Below, piece by piece: positions 62,601 through 64,000 of a stretch of DNA of 64,000 bases. Position 1 is the first letter of the stretch. Every line of letters begins with the position of its first letter. The notes beneath the pieces are model-generated. The model did not search any database. It had not been told where the DNA came from and saw only the letters and a list, made by a program, of their open reading frames with translations. Origin of the DNA: Corallococcus sp. Z5C101001 (GTDB taxonomy: Bacteria; Myxococcota; Myxococcia; Myxococcales; Myxococcaceae); NCBI RefSeq assembly GCF_007352635.1, contig NZ_VKLU01000005.1, forward strand, positions 635,940 through 699,939, written 5' to 3'. Both the position numbers and the translations under genes were made by a program.

Positions 62601-64000
62601 GCCAGATTGGCCAGCTGCGCGCGGACCTGTCGGAGACGCAGGGCCTCTACGACGCCGAACGCGGCGCGCACGCGAAGCTCGCCGAAGAGACCACCGCGCA
62701 CATCAACGCCCTCACCGGCGAGCGCGACGGGCTGACCTCAGACCTCTCCGCCACGTCGCAGCAGTTGGCGGACACGCAGGGCCAGCTCGCCGGGACCCAG
62801 GACGCGCTGGCCCGCGAGGAGCAGGCCCACGCCCAGGCCCGCCAGGCCGCCGCCAACACCCAGGCGGAGCTGGAGCGCCAGCTCTCCGACTCCCAGGCCA
62901 ACGGCGAGGACCTGGCCGAACAGCTCATCGTCACCAAGCACGAGCTGGGCACTCGCGTGGCGGAAGTCACGCAGCTGTCCTCCACGCTCGCGCAGACGGA
63001 GGACGCGCGCCACCACCTGGAGGACCGCCTCCAGACGCTCACCCACGAGTCGCAGCGCCGTGAGGAGCTCCTCCAGAACGAGGTCGACACCAAGGGCAAG
63101 GAGCTGTCGGACACGCTGCGCAAGCTCACCCACGTGACGCAGGAGAAGATGCGTCAGGCGGAGGTGCTCAACCGCGAGGTCGCCACCCGCACCGAACAGG
63201 TGAAGCAGCTGGAAGGCCAGCTGGAGGCCCAGGCCGCCGAGTCCAAGAAGCAGGCAGACGCGCTGAACCAGCAGCTCTCGTCGGTGTCCGGCGAGCTGGA
63301 CGGGACGCGCAAGGCCGTCGCCGACCGCGACGCGCAGCTCCAGCACGCCGCGCAGCACCAGAAGAAGCTCACCAGCGAGCGCGACGGGCTGGCCGGACAG
63401 CTCCAGCAGGCCCAGGCCCAGGCCCAACAGCAGGCCCAGCAGGCCGCCGCCGCCGCCGCCGAGGCGAAGAAGCAGGCGGACGACCTGGCCGCGAAGCTGG
63501 CCAAGTCCGAGCAGCGCATCGCGCAGCTGGCGCAGGAGGCCCAGAAGTTCGCCGCCGACACCGACGCGAAGCTCAAGGACGCCCAGGCCCAGCTGCAGGC
63601 CCGCACCAAGAAGGCCCAGGACCTGGAGCTGGCGCTGGAGAACGCCCAGAGCACCCGGGCCCGCGCGGAGAAGGACCTCAACGCCCGCGTCGCCGCCGCG
63701 GAGACCAAGGCCAACGAGGCCGCCGCCCGGCTCGCCACCGCGCAGAAGGAGCGCAAGGACCTGGAGGCCCGTCAGGTCAAGGAGCTGGAGGACCTCAACG
63801 CCAAGCAGAAGGCCGAGCTGGAGCGCCGCGAGGCCATCAAGGCCCAGGAGGTCGCCCGCCTCCAGACCTCCGTCCAGGAGAAGAGCAAGGCGCTCAAGGT
63901 CGCGGAGCTGGAGCTGGCCCGCTTCAAGAGCAAGGCCCCCGCCCCGGCCGCCGCCCCCGCCGCGAAGGCCGCCGCCAAGCCCACCGAGGACGAGCACCTC
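59618..64000 (+). CDS. aglZ: AglZ-like gliding-motility scaffold: N-terminal FrzS/AglZ-type pseudo-receiver domain followed by a coiled-coil of more than 1300 residues. It is partial: no stop codon before the window end.
   Basis: MERRVLIVESQNDFALSMASVLKSAGYNTAMATTASDAQRELEKRRPDLVVVRAELPDQSGFALCGQIKK has a receiver fold lacking the canonical phospho-accepting Asp context. Continuous heptad-rich, myosin-tail-like sequence runs to the last codon of the window. The ORF is missing from the track because it has no stop. Confidence 0.6.
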   Translation, partial: MERRVLIVESQNDFALSMASVLKSAGYNTAMATTASDAQRELEKRRPDLVVVRAELPDQSGFALCGQIKKGKWGQNLKVLLLSSDSGVEGLNKHRETPAAADGYLVIPFEMGELASMSAGIVPPGSDETDADLDAALSGAPREAPPPMPGVRTGAPPKLPKRERRSAMTDEDKSFMDRAFSSIADRKAELLAESRQLKRPPPRRELMGTPEGKIQILRDELKTREAQLARLSEIWSVRERELLSVEDRLHEKDVELQGLKMQVDDLLRRFNDAQQSIVQKEREHGATVDDLLLQKFSSEKDLIEVVASKEKDINVLRKEVNLRDEELARRGADLESWRNEFDKLEKHLGVVTLEFEVKEQKLQDTVRANEADILQLRERGDQFESELGRTVSERDQRYAELDGELQALQERLSQTEQERDATVRGLETRATTAEEHASRSDAEIERLNAERAQLEQRLTQQVADLESDIARVTGERDQLRLDKDALEADLTQRVEERDAKLSALDRELQEAIARNENSEAELNATIQQHRERIGELEGEVEAVKTHLEDRESELNAELQALQQAKDALEQDLTSQLEDLRAAKDALEADLNGQIQALSEQLDAAQRQGEQLSARVASLEDTVAQRDGTIEGLQSDVAERDSRISELTGNLEATSQQLSETQGTLSSTEATLAETRGELEATSQTLADTQATLARTEGTLSETRGELEATSQTLSETQANLARTEETLSTTRGELEATSQTLATTEATLAQTQDTLARTEGTLAETQGTLASTEGTLAETRGELEATSQTLADTQSRLAQTEETLSTTRGELEATSQTLSDTQGTLANTEGTLAETRGELEATSQSLTDTQSRLAQTEATLASTQGELEATSQTLATTEATLAQTQDTLARTEGALAETQGTLASTEGTLAETRGELEATSQTLTQTQDTLEATRGDLAKVTTHRDELDAELNETRDILQETNGLLARTTEERDARIAELKALHEAKDSLEQDLTGQIGQLRADLSETQGLYDAERGAHAKLAEETTAHINALTGERDGLTSDLSATSQQLADTQGQLAGTQDALAREEQAHAQARQAAANTQAELERQLSDSQANGEDLAEQLIVTKHELGTRVAEVTQLSSTLAQTEDARHHLEDRLQTLTHESQRREELLQNEVDTKGKELSDTLRKLTHVTQEKMRQAEVLNREVATRTEQVKQLEGQLEAQAAESKKQADALNQQLSSVSGELDGTRKAVADRDAQLQHAAQHQKKLTSERDGLAGQLQQAQAQAQQQAQQAAAAAAEAKKQADDLAAKLAKSEQRIAQLAQEAQKFAADTDAKLKDAQAQLQARTKKAQDLELALENAQSTRARAEKDLNARVAAAETKANEAAARLATAQKERKDLEARQVKELEDLNAKQKAELERREAIKAQEVARLQTSVQEKSKALKVAELELARFKSKAPAPAAAPAAKAAAKPTEDEHL
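61560..62430. repeat. 21-nt periodic in-frame repeat array (about 40 heptads of type x-T-x-x-T-L-A/S, e.g. ETRGELE ATSQTLA DTQATLA RTEGTLS) inside the AglZ-like coiled coil.
   Basis: Nucleotide units such as gcggagacgcgcggcgagctcgaggccaccagccagacgctc recur many times. Thr/Leu positions are strictly phased. Confidence 0.6.

Overview
This 64 kb window reads as a chromosomal segment from a high-GC (about 68-70%) myxobacterium, Myxococcus or Corallococcus-like. The evidence for that is the codon and GC3 bias, a MYXO-CTERM sorting tail, and an AglZ-like gene with a pseudo-receiver domain followed by a giant coiled-coil. I call about 50 protein-coding genes, densely packed and mostly housekeeping or cell-envelope functions. 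These include folD (partial), a DjlA-like J protein, pyrD, engB, coaE, argD, hslVU, xerC, trmFO, topA, dprA, dksA/TraR, a TolQ-TolR-TolR triad, a DegP/HtrA protease, a GGDEF diguanylate cyclase, and a candidate WaaL-like O-antigen ligase with a coupled GT4 glycosyltransferase. I found no rRNA, tRNA or CRISPR array. Several things deserve a second look: (1) a roughly 1.7 kb low-GC insertion (about 50-57% GC) between xerC and the DUF1801-hslVU genes, carrying three small genes that resemble polymorphic-toxin immunity families (Imm21-like, DUF4265-like, DUF2185-like) with no toxin gene; (2) a probable alpha-glucan module made of a GH57 branching enzyme, a DUF4912 protein and a divergent GT4 glycosyltransferase, in which the GT4 carries a roughly 740-residue disordered tail with about 15 tandem 20-residue repeats (60-nt period) and the DUF4912 protein carries about 14 PRAPGASDQRY-type repeats; (3) a roughly 5.2 kb M36 (fungalysin-like) metalloprotease with a PA domain, five tandem PKD/Ig-like domains and a MYXO-CTERM anchor, followed by a clean intrinsic terminator; (4) an AglZ-like gliding-motility scaffold that runs off the window end and contains a roughly 0.85 kb array of 21-nt-periodic heptad repeats (TxxTLAE-like); (5) an HscC-like Hsp70 flanked by a J-domain/TPR protein and a TPR protein; (6) a Firmicutes-like dprA-topA...trmFO...xerC...hslVU gene order interrupted by lineage-specific insertions. 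Many long antisense or out-of-frame ORFs in the six-frame track are high-GC artefacts and I discarded them. My hand-derived coordinates may be off by 1 nt in places.
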